Shown here piece by piece: positions 9,654 to 18,403 of a stretch of DNA of 30,978 nucleotides (the first letter of the stretch is position 1; each line of letters opens with the position of its first letter). Below the pieces are notes generated by a model. It saw nothing but the letters and a program-made list of their open reading frames with translations, was not told the DNA's origin and did not search any database. The DNA comes from Candidatus Helarchaeota ASGARD archaeon Hel_GB_B (lineage in GTDB: Archaea; Asgardarchaeota; Lokiarchaeia; Helarchaeales; HEL-GB-B): positions 1 to 30,978 of the forward strand of contig SUPR01000036.1 of assembly GCA_005191425.1 (NCBI GenBank). Reading direction: 5' to 3'. A program made the position numbers and the translations under genes.

Positions 9654-10510
9654 TCACTCCAAATATTCAGTAATATCATAAATTTCCAAATTTTTAATTT
9701 CATCGGATTTTACATCCTATTTTTTTCACTAAAGAGGCATACACTTAAAAAGTATTTCTGATTTTATTGATTTTGTTTCAATCAATTGTTATCATGCTGT
9801 TTAGTTCGCAAAATCATTATAAGCTGATTGGACACCACTCATGCATCACAACACCAAGCATTCTGTTTTATTTGATCCATTTCCATAAAATTTCCACTTG
9901 CTGTTATTTCAATTATTTTGTGTGGTGCTTCAGATACCTAAAAATATCTCACTAAATGGTATGGATCGTAATATGTGATAATTTTATTTAATTTTTTCTT
10001 TTTTTTTCTAAATTTCTTTAACATATTTTAATAGAAATTCAGTAATATGAAGTACTTCAAAATTATACTCTTCAAATTTTGGAGATATTAATTTAAAAGT
10101 GCGATAACAGTCTGCATATGAAAAAATAATTTTTTCAAATTTTTCAATCACATCTAAATTATGGCGCATTTAGTTAATACCTTCTTTTTTTGTTCCGTCA
10201 TAAATAATGGACTACCACAGCACCATTCTTCAGTCCCTAATAATGAATGTTTAATTCCGAAATAATTTAATTATTTAATAGTAGAAATTGCGATTGGTCT
10301 TTTTCTATATGAAAATGTATACCCTACAAAATAAGCGATTTTAGCACCATCATGCTCTTTTGATATTTCTTTGAGATTGTCAAACATATTTTCATGAAAC
10401 TCATCATATAGATTGAGATTTTTAATAACACTAGCCCGCAAATCTTTCATATTCTGGTAATGATTCTTCATTTTCAGCAATATTATATATGAATTCTAGT
10501 AGTATATCGC
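9654..10510 (-). pseudogene. Decayed two-CCG-domain Fe-S protein (HdrD/GlcF-like)
   Basis: Hand translation: KIAYFVGYTFSYR...STIK*LNYFGIKHSLLGTEEWCCGSPLF (CCG at 10222-10214) / FSYADCYRTF...EVLHITEFL / ITYYDPYHLVRYF*VSEAP...NAWCCDA* (9862-9839) / GVQSAY...ILLSVCLF / EIYDITEYLE* (TGA 9656-9654). Multiple stops and frameshifts; 5' limit approximate. Confidence 0.88.
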
Positions 10511-10981
10511 AGGTCTAATGATTAAATAATTCTGATACTTTTCACTTTTTAAATAATTTATTTCTAAGAGAGTGATATAATTATAGGTTGAATGTAAATA
10601 ACAAATAATAAAAAAGGGTGTCGATAAATTAGGGGAAATATAACGAGGAGTAGTAATAAAAATAAATAAAATGAGTGATAAATGAAGAGAAAAAAATTTG
10701 AGTAGTAAAGAGTTATTATAAAGAGAATAGAGAATCAAAATAATTTTAGAAATTCAATAAAAAAGGAATTGAATGATTTTAAGAAAGTTATGAATATAAA
10801 TGTATAATACCCAATAAATGAGATAAGAAAATAAATTAAATTTATTTATATAAATGATTAAAAAATTGAAAATCGGAAAGGAAAGAGAATTAAAAATAAA
10901 TTTCATTCTTAATATTGAGTAAAACTTTATAGAAAATAGAATATTATAGAATATTATTATTAATTTTCAATTTCTAAATTT

Positions 10982-11887
10982 CTATTTGAAAATATCCCTT
11001 TTTAATTTAATAAATTGAATATTTAAATATTTACAAACACTTTCATAATCATTATAATTTGATGATAAAATTTTATCGCTTGAACTTGAATCTGTAATTA
11101 AGAAAAAATCACCAATATCCCTACATAATTTATAAATGTTATTTTGGCATGGGGGTGTTCTATTTAAATTAGAATTCAAAATAATTAATGAACCAATCCA
11201 ACTTGGTTTAATTATTGGAGAATCAAAATCTTCATACAAATTAATAATATCTTTAATTATATTTTTATGATCTTTAAACCAATGAACAATAATTTTTTTT
11301 TCTTTACACATAAATCTTGAGCAACCATATCCAATATTTTTAATTGGGGCATTTATATGATTGACATATCCACTTAGATCAAAATTAGCCCATTGACAAT
11401 CGATCTTACTCTTTCTGATATTAAAAATTGGATCAATAAAAATTGCGTCGAAATTGGATATATATGTATATAAATGAAGTAAAATAGTTCTTAAAGGATT
11501 TCTGATTGATCTACCTGAAGAAATATCGGTAATGAGATTTTCTAAACTTTCAAGAATCATATTTTGAACAATATTTTTTATACGTTCTTTTCTTCTTGTT
11601 CTCTTGATGGGTAATAATCTATTTAAAATGTCTTTAAAATGTTGTATATAGTTTTTTAAATTCAAATTATTCTCATCATTAACATCTTCCAATTTTTTTA
11701 AAAAAATGTTGTAAGAAAAAACAAGAGCATCAAGCATTGTTCTGTATAATTCACCTTTAATAAAAGTTGTAATGCCTATTTCTTCTGTTCTATTTCTACA
11801 ATCTTTTATTAAAGAATCGATAAAATCTCGTTCTTTTTTGGTACCCCAATATCTTATTATAACCACATCAGTATCAAATAATATCAT
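10982..11887 (-). CDS. Expanded PIN-domain protein (putative RNase/toxin)
   Basis: N-terminal ILFDTDVVI (first PIN Asp), TTFIKGELYR (conserved Glu), C-terminal IGDFFLI...KILSSNYNDY (last acidic residues); 301 aa, about twice a VapC. Confidence 0.65.
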   Translation of the reverse strand: MILFDTDVVIIRYWGTKKERDFIDSLIKDCRNRTEEIGITTFIKGELYRTMLDALVFSYNIFLKKLEDVNDENNLNLKNYIQHFKDILNRLLPIKRTRRKERIKNIVQNMILESLENLITDISSGRSIRNPLRTILLHLYTYISNFDAIFIDPIFNIRKSKIDCQWANFDLSGYVNHINAPIKNIGYGCSRFMCKEKKIIVHWFKDHKNIIKDIINLYEDFDSPIIKPSWIGSLIILNSNLNRTPPCQNNIYKLCRDIGDFFLITDSSSSDKILSSNYNDYESVCKYLNIQFIKLKRDIFK

Positions 11888-11935
11888 TTTTTAATTTTCC
11901 AAATTTTTTCATGATTTTTAATATTTTTTATAAAT

Positions 11936-11969
11936 ATGTATTAAAATTATTAATGTATTAAAATTATTA
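11936..11969. repeat. Perfect 17-bp tandem duplication (ATGTATTAAAATTATTA x2)
   Basis: Direct reading: 11936-11952 equals 11953-11969, in the spacer immediately upstream of the PIN gene. Confidence 0.9.
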
Positions 11970-11987
11970 TTTAACCCTTCTTAGTAA

Positions 11988-13061
11988 TTATCTAAGAGGC
12001 GTAATATACAATAAATTTTTGTTAAAATCTTTTATAATTTCAAGTAAATTTTTCTTAATAGCCTCATTTTTTTCATTTGTTTGAAAAATTGCATGCATAT
12101 GTATTTTTTTAATGAGAGATAATGGAATTTCCCTATTTTTATTATACTTTAATAATAATTCAATATGACTCCAATATTGTTCTAAAGCTATATTTTTAGC
12201 CATATAGCTATAATCTGCATAATTTATAGATGCTTGTAAGATTTCGAAATATAATTTTTTATAATTTCTATTTTCTATAAAATTAGACATTTCATTAGTA
12301 ATTTTTCTCATCCAATTTATTTTGCCTTTAGTTATAAATTCATTATCAGTTGGATAAATATATTTACATATCTGATTAATTTGTGTTTCACTTGAAAATG
12401 CAGAAAGAGCAGCAGAATCCGGCAATATAATAAATAAAGTTCTCAATAGTGAGATAAATTTATTGTTATCTACTTCTTGAAGAATTTTTTCTTTTATAAG
12501 AGATTTTGATGCTCCTTTTGGATTGAGAATATATAATAATCCAGTTAATTCTTTCCAATTTATATTTCTTAATAATAATTCTTTTAACTTTAAAAAATCT
12601 GTCCATTTATTAATTGATAAATTCTTACTTTTTGCTAATTGCTCATAAATATTTGAAAATGTCTCGTATAATTGTTTATTAACATTTTTATCAATAGAGC
12701 TTATCGTATATTCATTTAAATCATCCCTACTGAATTGTGTTTGCATTTTAATAAAACCAATAGAGGCCAATTCTTGAGTAATATCTTGTATCCATGCTGC
12801 GTACTGACCATAATAATGTGGTTTTAATGATTTTATCTCATCTGGATTAATTATTTTTCCAAAATCTAAAACTGTAAGGAGAAAATCAATAAATTTAGTT
12901 AATTGAATATCTAATATATATCCGTCTAATCCTAAAAAAATTGATAAAATAAAATCTCTTTTGGAGAAATTTTTGATATTTATATGATCGTTTAAACTAA
13001 TCTTAATAATTAATCCCTCCTTAAGAATTTTTTCCAGATTTTCGGTGCAGAACCTTTCCAA
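11988..13061 (-). CDS. DUF4065/Panacea (SocA/YwgA-like) winged-helix protein with unknown helical C-terminal region
   Basis: IQLTKFIDFL...LKPHYYGQYAAWIQDITQELASIGFI resembles the LqKl.yf...F....YGP(Y/F)s..l...l..L...G.I pattern of this wHTH family. The start may lie near 13010 rather than 13061. Confidence 0.5.
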   Translation of the reverse strand: MERFCTENLEKILKEGLIIKISLNDHINIKNFSKRDFILSIFLGLDGYILDIQLTKFIDFLLTVLDFGKIINPDEIKSLKPHYYGQYAAWIQDITQELASIGFIKMQTQFSRDDLNEYTISSIDKNVNKQLYETFSNIYEQLAKSKNLSINKWTDFLKLKELLLRNINWKELTGLLYILNPKGASKSLIKEKILQEVDNNKFISLLRTLFIILPDSAALSAFSSETQINQICKYIYPTDNEFITKGKINWMRKITNEMSNFIENRNYKKLYFEILQASINYADYSYMAKNIALEQYWSHIELLLKYNKNREIPLSLIKKIHMHAIFQTNEKNEAIKKNLLEIIKDFNKNLLYITPLR

Positions 13062-14317
13062 TTTTCAAGTTTTTCAATAAATAAATCATCGGATAAATTT
13101 TGAATTTCAATCCATTTTATTAAACAATGTTCCTTTATTTTTTTAGTTTGACTACTATCTGATAGTCCAAGAGTTTTTATACCCATTGAAATTTTTTCTC
13201 CTTTCTTTTGTCTAATTCTAATTTCACTTCTTTTTTTTAATAATTCAGGTATTGTTAAATTAACTTTTTCTTTTATCTCATTACATGCCTTACAACTACA
13301 ATTAAATGAATTAAATAGCTCATTATTTCTTAATAATTGGAACTCAGATACAAAAGTTCCATATTGCGGATGATAAATATGCCTAGTTCTTCTTCCATAG
13401 TTTAATATAAAGTTATGTTGAGCCCATCCATCCACTTTTACACAGCAATTCCTAAAAATTTCGGGAATAAGCCTGTTTATAAAAATACCTCCATATCTTA
13501 AATAAAATTTCAGATTTTTGAAATTAATAAAAGAATTAACAACTTCATTTAACTTATTAATATCATTCATTTTAGCATTAAATTCTGAGAAATCAATAAA
13601 CCATATCCAGACTTTTTTAAATTTAGAATCAATTAAAGAGAGTAAATCATAAATTTTTTGATTTTTCCAAGAATTTATATTAGTAGATATTAAGGGAATG
13701 CATAACTTATTTTTAAATTTAGAAGGTGCATTTTCTAATATTTTAATATTACAATCAATACTATTTTTAAAGTTTTCTGTATCATTTTCTAATATTATCG
13801 GGATATAAGGTAGTGTAAATGCTTCGAGTTCGGTATGTATATGCTTTTTATTATTACCGATTAACAAATATCCTGTAATATCCCTATGGACTCTTCCTAA
13901 ATTTTCTCTCATAAAAACATCTATATTATTTTGATAATTCAACCAATTTTCAATTATATCAAAATTTTCATTAAAAAGTATTGTTTCGATAATTCCTTCT
14001 AAACATGTATTTTTTCCTAATGCCTCAAAAAAGGTCTTAACTTTAGTTGATAGTTCTTTTTCTTCACTAATAGATTCATTATATTTCTCTTCGATTTTAG
14101 AAACAAATTCTTGATCAATCAATTTCCAAGAATCGCTATCTATTAATATTTTTTTCCCAAAACTATAAACTAGCTCTAAAATACTATCTTGATCTTCTCG
14201 AGCTATAAGATCTAAAGGTAAGATAAACCCTTTAATATTATTTTCAATTAAATTCTTATTCAATACTAATACTTTTAGGTTTATTTTATTATTAATCTCT
14301 ATCCAATTTTCCATCAA
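13010..14317 (-). CDS. TGT-like (tRNA-guanine-transglycosylase fold) protein with C-terminal CxCxxC...H zinc site, function unknown
   Basis: FNCSCKAC...KEHCL zinc motif near the C-terminus, KILIDSDSW where TGTs have DSGG, FYLRYGG and RHIYHP. The ORF itself is secure; the fold call is inference. Confidence 0.45.
   Translation of the reverse strand: MMENWIEINNKINLKVLVLNKNLIENNIKGFILPLDLIAREDQDSILELVYSFGKKILIDSDSWKLIDQEFVSKIEEKYNESISEEKELSTKVKTFFEALGKNTCLEGIIETILFNENFDIIENWLNYQNNIDVFMRENLGRVHRDITGYLLIGNNKKHIHTELEAFTLPYIPIILENDTENFKNSIDCNIKILENAPSKFKNKLCIPLISTNINSWKNQKIYDLLSLIDSKFKKVWIWFIDFSEFNAKMNDINKLNEVVNSFINFKNLKFYLRYGGIFINRLIPEIFRNCCVKVDGWAQHNFILNYGRRTRHIYHPQYGTFVSEFQLLRNNELFNSFNCSCKACNEIKEKVNLTIPELLKKRSEIRIRQKKGEKISMGIKTLGLSDSSQTKKIKEHCLIKWIEIQNLSDDLFIEKLENWKGSAPKIWKKFLRRD
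13015..13022 (-). promoter_or_regulatory. Shine-Dalgarno-like AAGGAGGG inside the last codons of the TGT-like gene
   Basis: Minus strand reads AAGGAGGGAT-TAA-TT; the TAA is the upstream stop and overlaps an in-frame ATT of the next ORF. Confidence 0.4.
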
Positions 14318-15540
14318 ATATATTGCTTCCTTACTATATTATTTCTACTAAAAAAAATCACCTTACTATTTATAAGAATATAGGTTTAATCACTTTTATA
14401 TTTTTTAGAAATAAATTTTGTCTTTTTATTAGCTAATTAATTTCATAAATCATTAACTGTATAATAGTAAATTATAATTTATAATATTATTTAATTAAAG
14501 TTCGATGCATCGACCAAATGAGATGATATAACGAAAATGATTTGATAGAAAAGAAGATCTATACAAGAAGATAAATGAAATAAAGCAAAATTTAATTGAA
14601 AAAACTTTAAAAATAAGTGAAAAATGTAATATATGGATATTTTACCGATATTTCATGATGAATGAAATAACCAAACTTTTAATAATATGGGGCTAACATT
14701 ATATATCGAAAATCAAGCGAAATTAGAATTATACAAATAATAATAAAAAATATCAGACGTCTGAATTATATAAAAAAAATAAAAGAAGATGAATTTAAAA
14801 TAGCAAAATAAAACTTGTTTATAATAAAGAATAAAGAAATTTTAAGGTCAAATTTATATTCAATTATAGCGAATTTTTTAAATTTTAAATACATTTTTCA
14901 AATTTTTTTTAGCCTTTGATCAAATTACAAATTTGGAGTAGAGTAAAAAAAACTGAAAATTATAAATTACCGATATTGAAGATAAATAGATTTTAAGGGA
15001 TTAAATGACGAATTCAAATTTTTTTCAAAGTTTCCTATTAAAATTGAAAAAATATGATGAAAATAAACTAAAATCGTAGAATTTTTTAATTAAATCTTAA
15101 AATGAAATTGGAATTTTTTGGTATTTTTTAGGAAACAAATATTCGGATTGCTTGTTATATTAGATAACATAACTATATTTTTTCAATATTTTTAAGGTTA
15201 TTTATGTAAATAATTTAATTTATAATATAGATATTAATACCAATGGGAGATTAAAAAAATATTATTAGAAATAATTTGTAGGTCTTTATTTCATATAAAC
15301 TCATTTTTTATTATTTAATAATAATATAACGAATTATTTTTAGTATTTTTGTTTTTAATATAACCAAAATAAATTAAAGTAAAAAATTAAACTTATAATA
15401 AAAAGGAATTAAATTACAAATAAAAAGGAATTGAGATAAAAAATTTAATAATAAAAACTATACATTATTAACAAATAAATTTTTAAATTGCTCAATGAGA
15501 TTTTTAAAAAATATGGTATCTTTCTTTAAGGTGTTTATTA

Positions 15541-18369
15541 ATGCATGATGCCAATGAGATTAAAAATGATTACTATTACCAGTTAACAAAAGATGAAGTT
15601 TATAAAAAACTTAATACTTCTGAAAAAGGACTTAATTCAGACGATGTAGAATTAAGACTGGAAAAATATGGGCTAAATGTCCTCGCAGAAAAAAAGAGAC
15701 GATCAATTTTTAAGATGTTTTTGGGCCAATTTAAAGACATTTTAACGATCCTTTTAATTGTAGCCACTGTGATTTCATTATTTTTATATATAATGTCCGG
15801 GTTTACGGATTATGAAAGTCTTATTGACGCGATGGTCATCCTCGGAATTTTGATTGCAAATGGGCTAATAGGTGTCAGACAAGAATATAAGTCCGAAAAA
15901 GCACTAGATGCTTTAAAAAAACTATCTGCACCCGAAGCAACTGTAGTTAGAGACGGGAAAATGGTGAGAATAACTTCTAAAGAAGTAGTCCCTGGTGATT
16001 ATATGATCCTACAGACCGGAGATAAAGTAGTTGCAGATGTAAGACTTATCAAAGCTATGAACCTAAAAATTGACGAGTCTATGTTAACAGGTGAATCAGT
16101 TTCGGTCACAAAAACAGACATACCAATTAAAGAACCAAATTTACCATTAGCAGACCAAAAGAACATAGCATTTTCCGGCACCATTGTGACATACGGGATG
16201 GGCGAAGGAATAGTTTTTGGTACGGGGATGAACACAGAGATGGGCAAAATTGCTGAAATGATCCAGACGGCTGAAGAAAAAACCACCCCGCTCCAGAAAA
16301 AATTGGCACAATTTGGAAGGTGGCTAACGATATTAATTGTAGTAATATGTATAATAGTTTTTTCAGTGGGGATTTTCAGGACATTTATTAATAAATATCC
16401 AGCCACATTAACTTTTGGTGATATTGAACAATTATTTTTAGCTGCAGTAGGACTTGCGGTAGCTGCAGTACCAGAAGGACTAGCAACTGTTGTAATAGTT
16501 ACGCTCAGCCTTGGAGTCTCCCGAATGGTCAGTAAAAATGCACTTGTAAGGAAGTTATCTGCCGTAGAAACTTTGGGGTGCGCTACAGTTATTTGCTCGG
16601 ATAAGACCGGTACAATTACCCAAAACGAAATGACGATTAGAAACATATACTTAAACAATAAATTATATTCAGTTAAGGGAATTGGATATACACCAGTAGG
16701 AGAGTTCGAAATTAATGGAAACGTAATTGACCTCAAAGAAGACCCACATTTGAAAATGTTATGTAAAATAGGTATATTATGTAATGATGCAGAACTAATA
16801 TATAATGAAGATGAGAAAATTTGGGAAATATTTGGGGACCCAACAGAAGCTTCATTGTTAGTATTAGCCGGTAAGATCAATATGTGGAAAAAGGATATTT
16901 TAACAGAATATCCAAGAATTAATGTGATCCCATTTGACTCCTCAAGAAAAATGATGTCTACGATCCATAAATATGCTGATAACAAGTTTTATGCATTTGT
17001 CAAGGGCGCTCCAGAAAATATTATCAAGCGGTGCACGAGGATCCTTGAAAATAATACGGTCAGCCCATTAACAGACGAAAAAAGAGATGAAATCTTAAAA
17101 ATTAACGAAGATTTGACCAGAAAAGCCCTTAGAAATCTAGCCCTTGCCTATAGAGAAATTGACCCGAATAAATACAATGTGGATGAAGTGGACTCCGAAC
17201 ATATAGAAAAAGACCTGATATTTGTTGGTCTGGTGGGGATGATCGACCCCCCAAGAAAGGAATCGAAACTTGCATTAGAAGAGTGTCGGTCAGCCGGTAT
17301 GAAGGCGGTCATAATTACTGGAGACCACAAGTTGACCGCAAAAGCTATTGCTAACGAATTGGGGATGATAGAAGAGGGCGATATAGCCTTGACTGGTAGT
17401 GAAATTGACCAGATGAGCGACGAACAGTTTAATGACATAGTCGAACGGGTAAAAGTTTTTGCCAGGGTTTCTCCGGAACACAAGGTGAAGGTGTGTGTCG
17501 CGCTTCAAAATAAAGGGAACATAGTTGCAATGACGGGAGATGGTGTGAATGATTCGCCGGCGATAAAAGCTGCAGATATTGGAGTAGCGATGGGCATATC
17601 AGGGACGGAGGTCACTAAAGAAGCGGCGGATATGACTTTAATGGACGATAATTTTGCCACGATCATTAATGCAGTCAGGGAGGGGAGAGGGATATATGAT
17701 AATATCCGTAAATTTATATTTTACCTGTTGTCAAGTAATATCGGAGAGATATTGACGTTGTTTATAGCCATTTTAATTGGTTTTGAAGGGTATATCCATG
17801 GAGAATATACGCTCGCACTTCCGCTTGTCCCAGTCCAGATACTCTGGATTAACTTAGTAACTGATGGCCTCCCGGCGACTGCGTTAAGTGTTGAACCAAA
17901 AGACCCAGACATAATGCAGCGCCCACCAAGAGACCCAAAAGAGCAAATAATCAACAGGAGGTTAGCTGTCCACATGGCAATTATAGGAATAATAATGTGT
18001 GTTGGTACTCTTTCTGTTTTCTATTTTGGGCTCCTGAATTTTAATGGGTATCCGTTAGACACATATGTTACTTACGCCAGAACCATGTCATTTAACACCT
18101 TGATGATGTTTCAGATGTTTAATGTAATGAGCTGCCGTTCGTTAAAGCTGCCAGTATTCAAGTTAAAGTCGCATAATAAGGCATTATACGTGGCAATTTT
18201 ATCCTCAATACTCCTACAATTATTTGTTGTTTATGTGCCATTTGCTCAGCCGGTTTTTTATTGTATGGCACTAAATGGCGTGGACTGGCTTATTATTGTT
18301 TCTGTTTCGTCCACAGTTTTTGTCTTTAATGAAATATACAAATATTTCATGAGTAGAAATAATAAATAA
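15541..18369 (+). CDS. Ca2+-transporting P-type ATPase (P2A, SERCA-like)
   Basis: TGES, VAAVPEGL, CSDKTGT, KGAPE, DPPR, TGD, MTGDGVNDSPA, SSNIGE and WINLVTDGLPA motifs. Confidence 0.95.
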   Translation: MHDANEIKNDYYYQLTKDEVYKKLNTSEKGLNSDDVELRLEKYGLNVLAEKKRRSIFKMFLGQFKDILTILLIVATVISLFLYIMSGFTDYESLIDAMVILGILIANGLIGVRQEYKSEKALDALKKLSAPEATVVRDGKMVRITSKEVVPGDYMILQTGDKVVADVRLIKAMNLKIDESMLTGESVSVTKTDIPIKEPNLPLADQKNIAFSGTIVTYGMGEGIVFGTGMNTEMGKIAEMIQTAEEKTTPLQKKLAQFGRWLTILIVVICIIVFSVGIFRTFINKYPATLTFGDIEQLFLAAVGLAVAAVPEGLATVVIVTLSLGVSRMVSKNALVRKLSAVETLGCATVICSDKTGTITQNEMTIRNIYLNNKLYSVKGIGYTPVGEFEINGNVIDLKEDPHLKMLCKIGILCNDAELIYNEDEKIWEIFGDPTEASLLVLAGKINMWKKDILTEYPRINVIPFDSSRKMMSTIHKYADNKFYAFVKGAPENIIKRCTRILENNTVSPLTDEKRDEILKINEDLTRKALRNLALAYREIDPNKYNVDEVDSEHIEKDLIFVGLVGMIDPPRKESKLALEECRSAGMKAVIITGDHKLTAKAIANELGMIEEGDIALTGSEIDQMSDEQFNDIVERVKVFARVSPEHKVKVCVALQNKGNIVAMTGDGVNDSPAIKAADIGVAMGISGTEVTKEAADMTLMDDNFATIINAVREGRGIYDNIRKFIFYLLSSNIGEILTLFIAILIGFEGYIHGEYTLALPLVPVQILWINLVTDGLPATALSVEPKDPDIMQRPPRDPKEQIINRRLAVHMAIIGIIMCVGTLSVFYFGLLNFNGYPLDTYVTYARTMSFNTLMMFQMFNVMSCRSLKLPVFKLKSHNKALYVAILSSILLQLFVVYVPFAQPVFYCMALNGVDWLIIVSVSSTVFVFNEIYKYFMSRNNK

Positions 18370-18403
18370 TATTTAATTATCTTTTATTTTTTATTTTATT
18401 TTT

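Noticed and set aside
9839-9841. In-frame TGA in the CCG relic as selenocysteine recoding
   Set aside because: The TGA falls at a Gly position, not a Cys position, and the gene also has TAA/TAG stops and frameshifts; no convincing SECIS seen.
9767-10738. ORF-track entries 9767-9955 (+), 10271-10480 (-) and 10496-10738 (-) as real small genes
   Set aside because: 10271-10480 is one fragment of the CCG pseudogene. 9767-9955 is its antisense shadow. 10496-10738 is low-complexity and lies opposite purine-rich DNA.
13010-14317. Calling the TGT-like gene dpdA or arcTGT
   Set aside because: Lacks DSGG, has atypical Zn-ligand spacing, no PUA domain, and no dpd or preQ0 pathway neighbours in the window.
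10756-15434. AATAAAAA(A)GGAATTGA copies as attL/attR of an integrated element
   Set aside because: The copies differ by one A, there is a third tandem copy and a similar core elsewhere (27066), and no integrase, transposase or tRNA target is present.
15999-16985. 328-aa antisense ORF (and smaller ones at 17148-17483, 17290-17508, 17721-17975) inside the P-type ATPase
   Set aside because: Shadow frames of a strongly supported gene; Ser/Ile/Pro-rich with no motifs.
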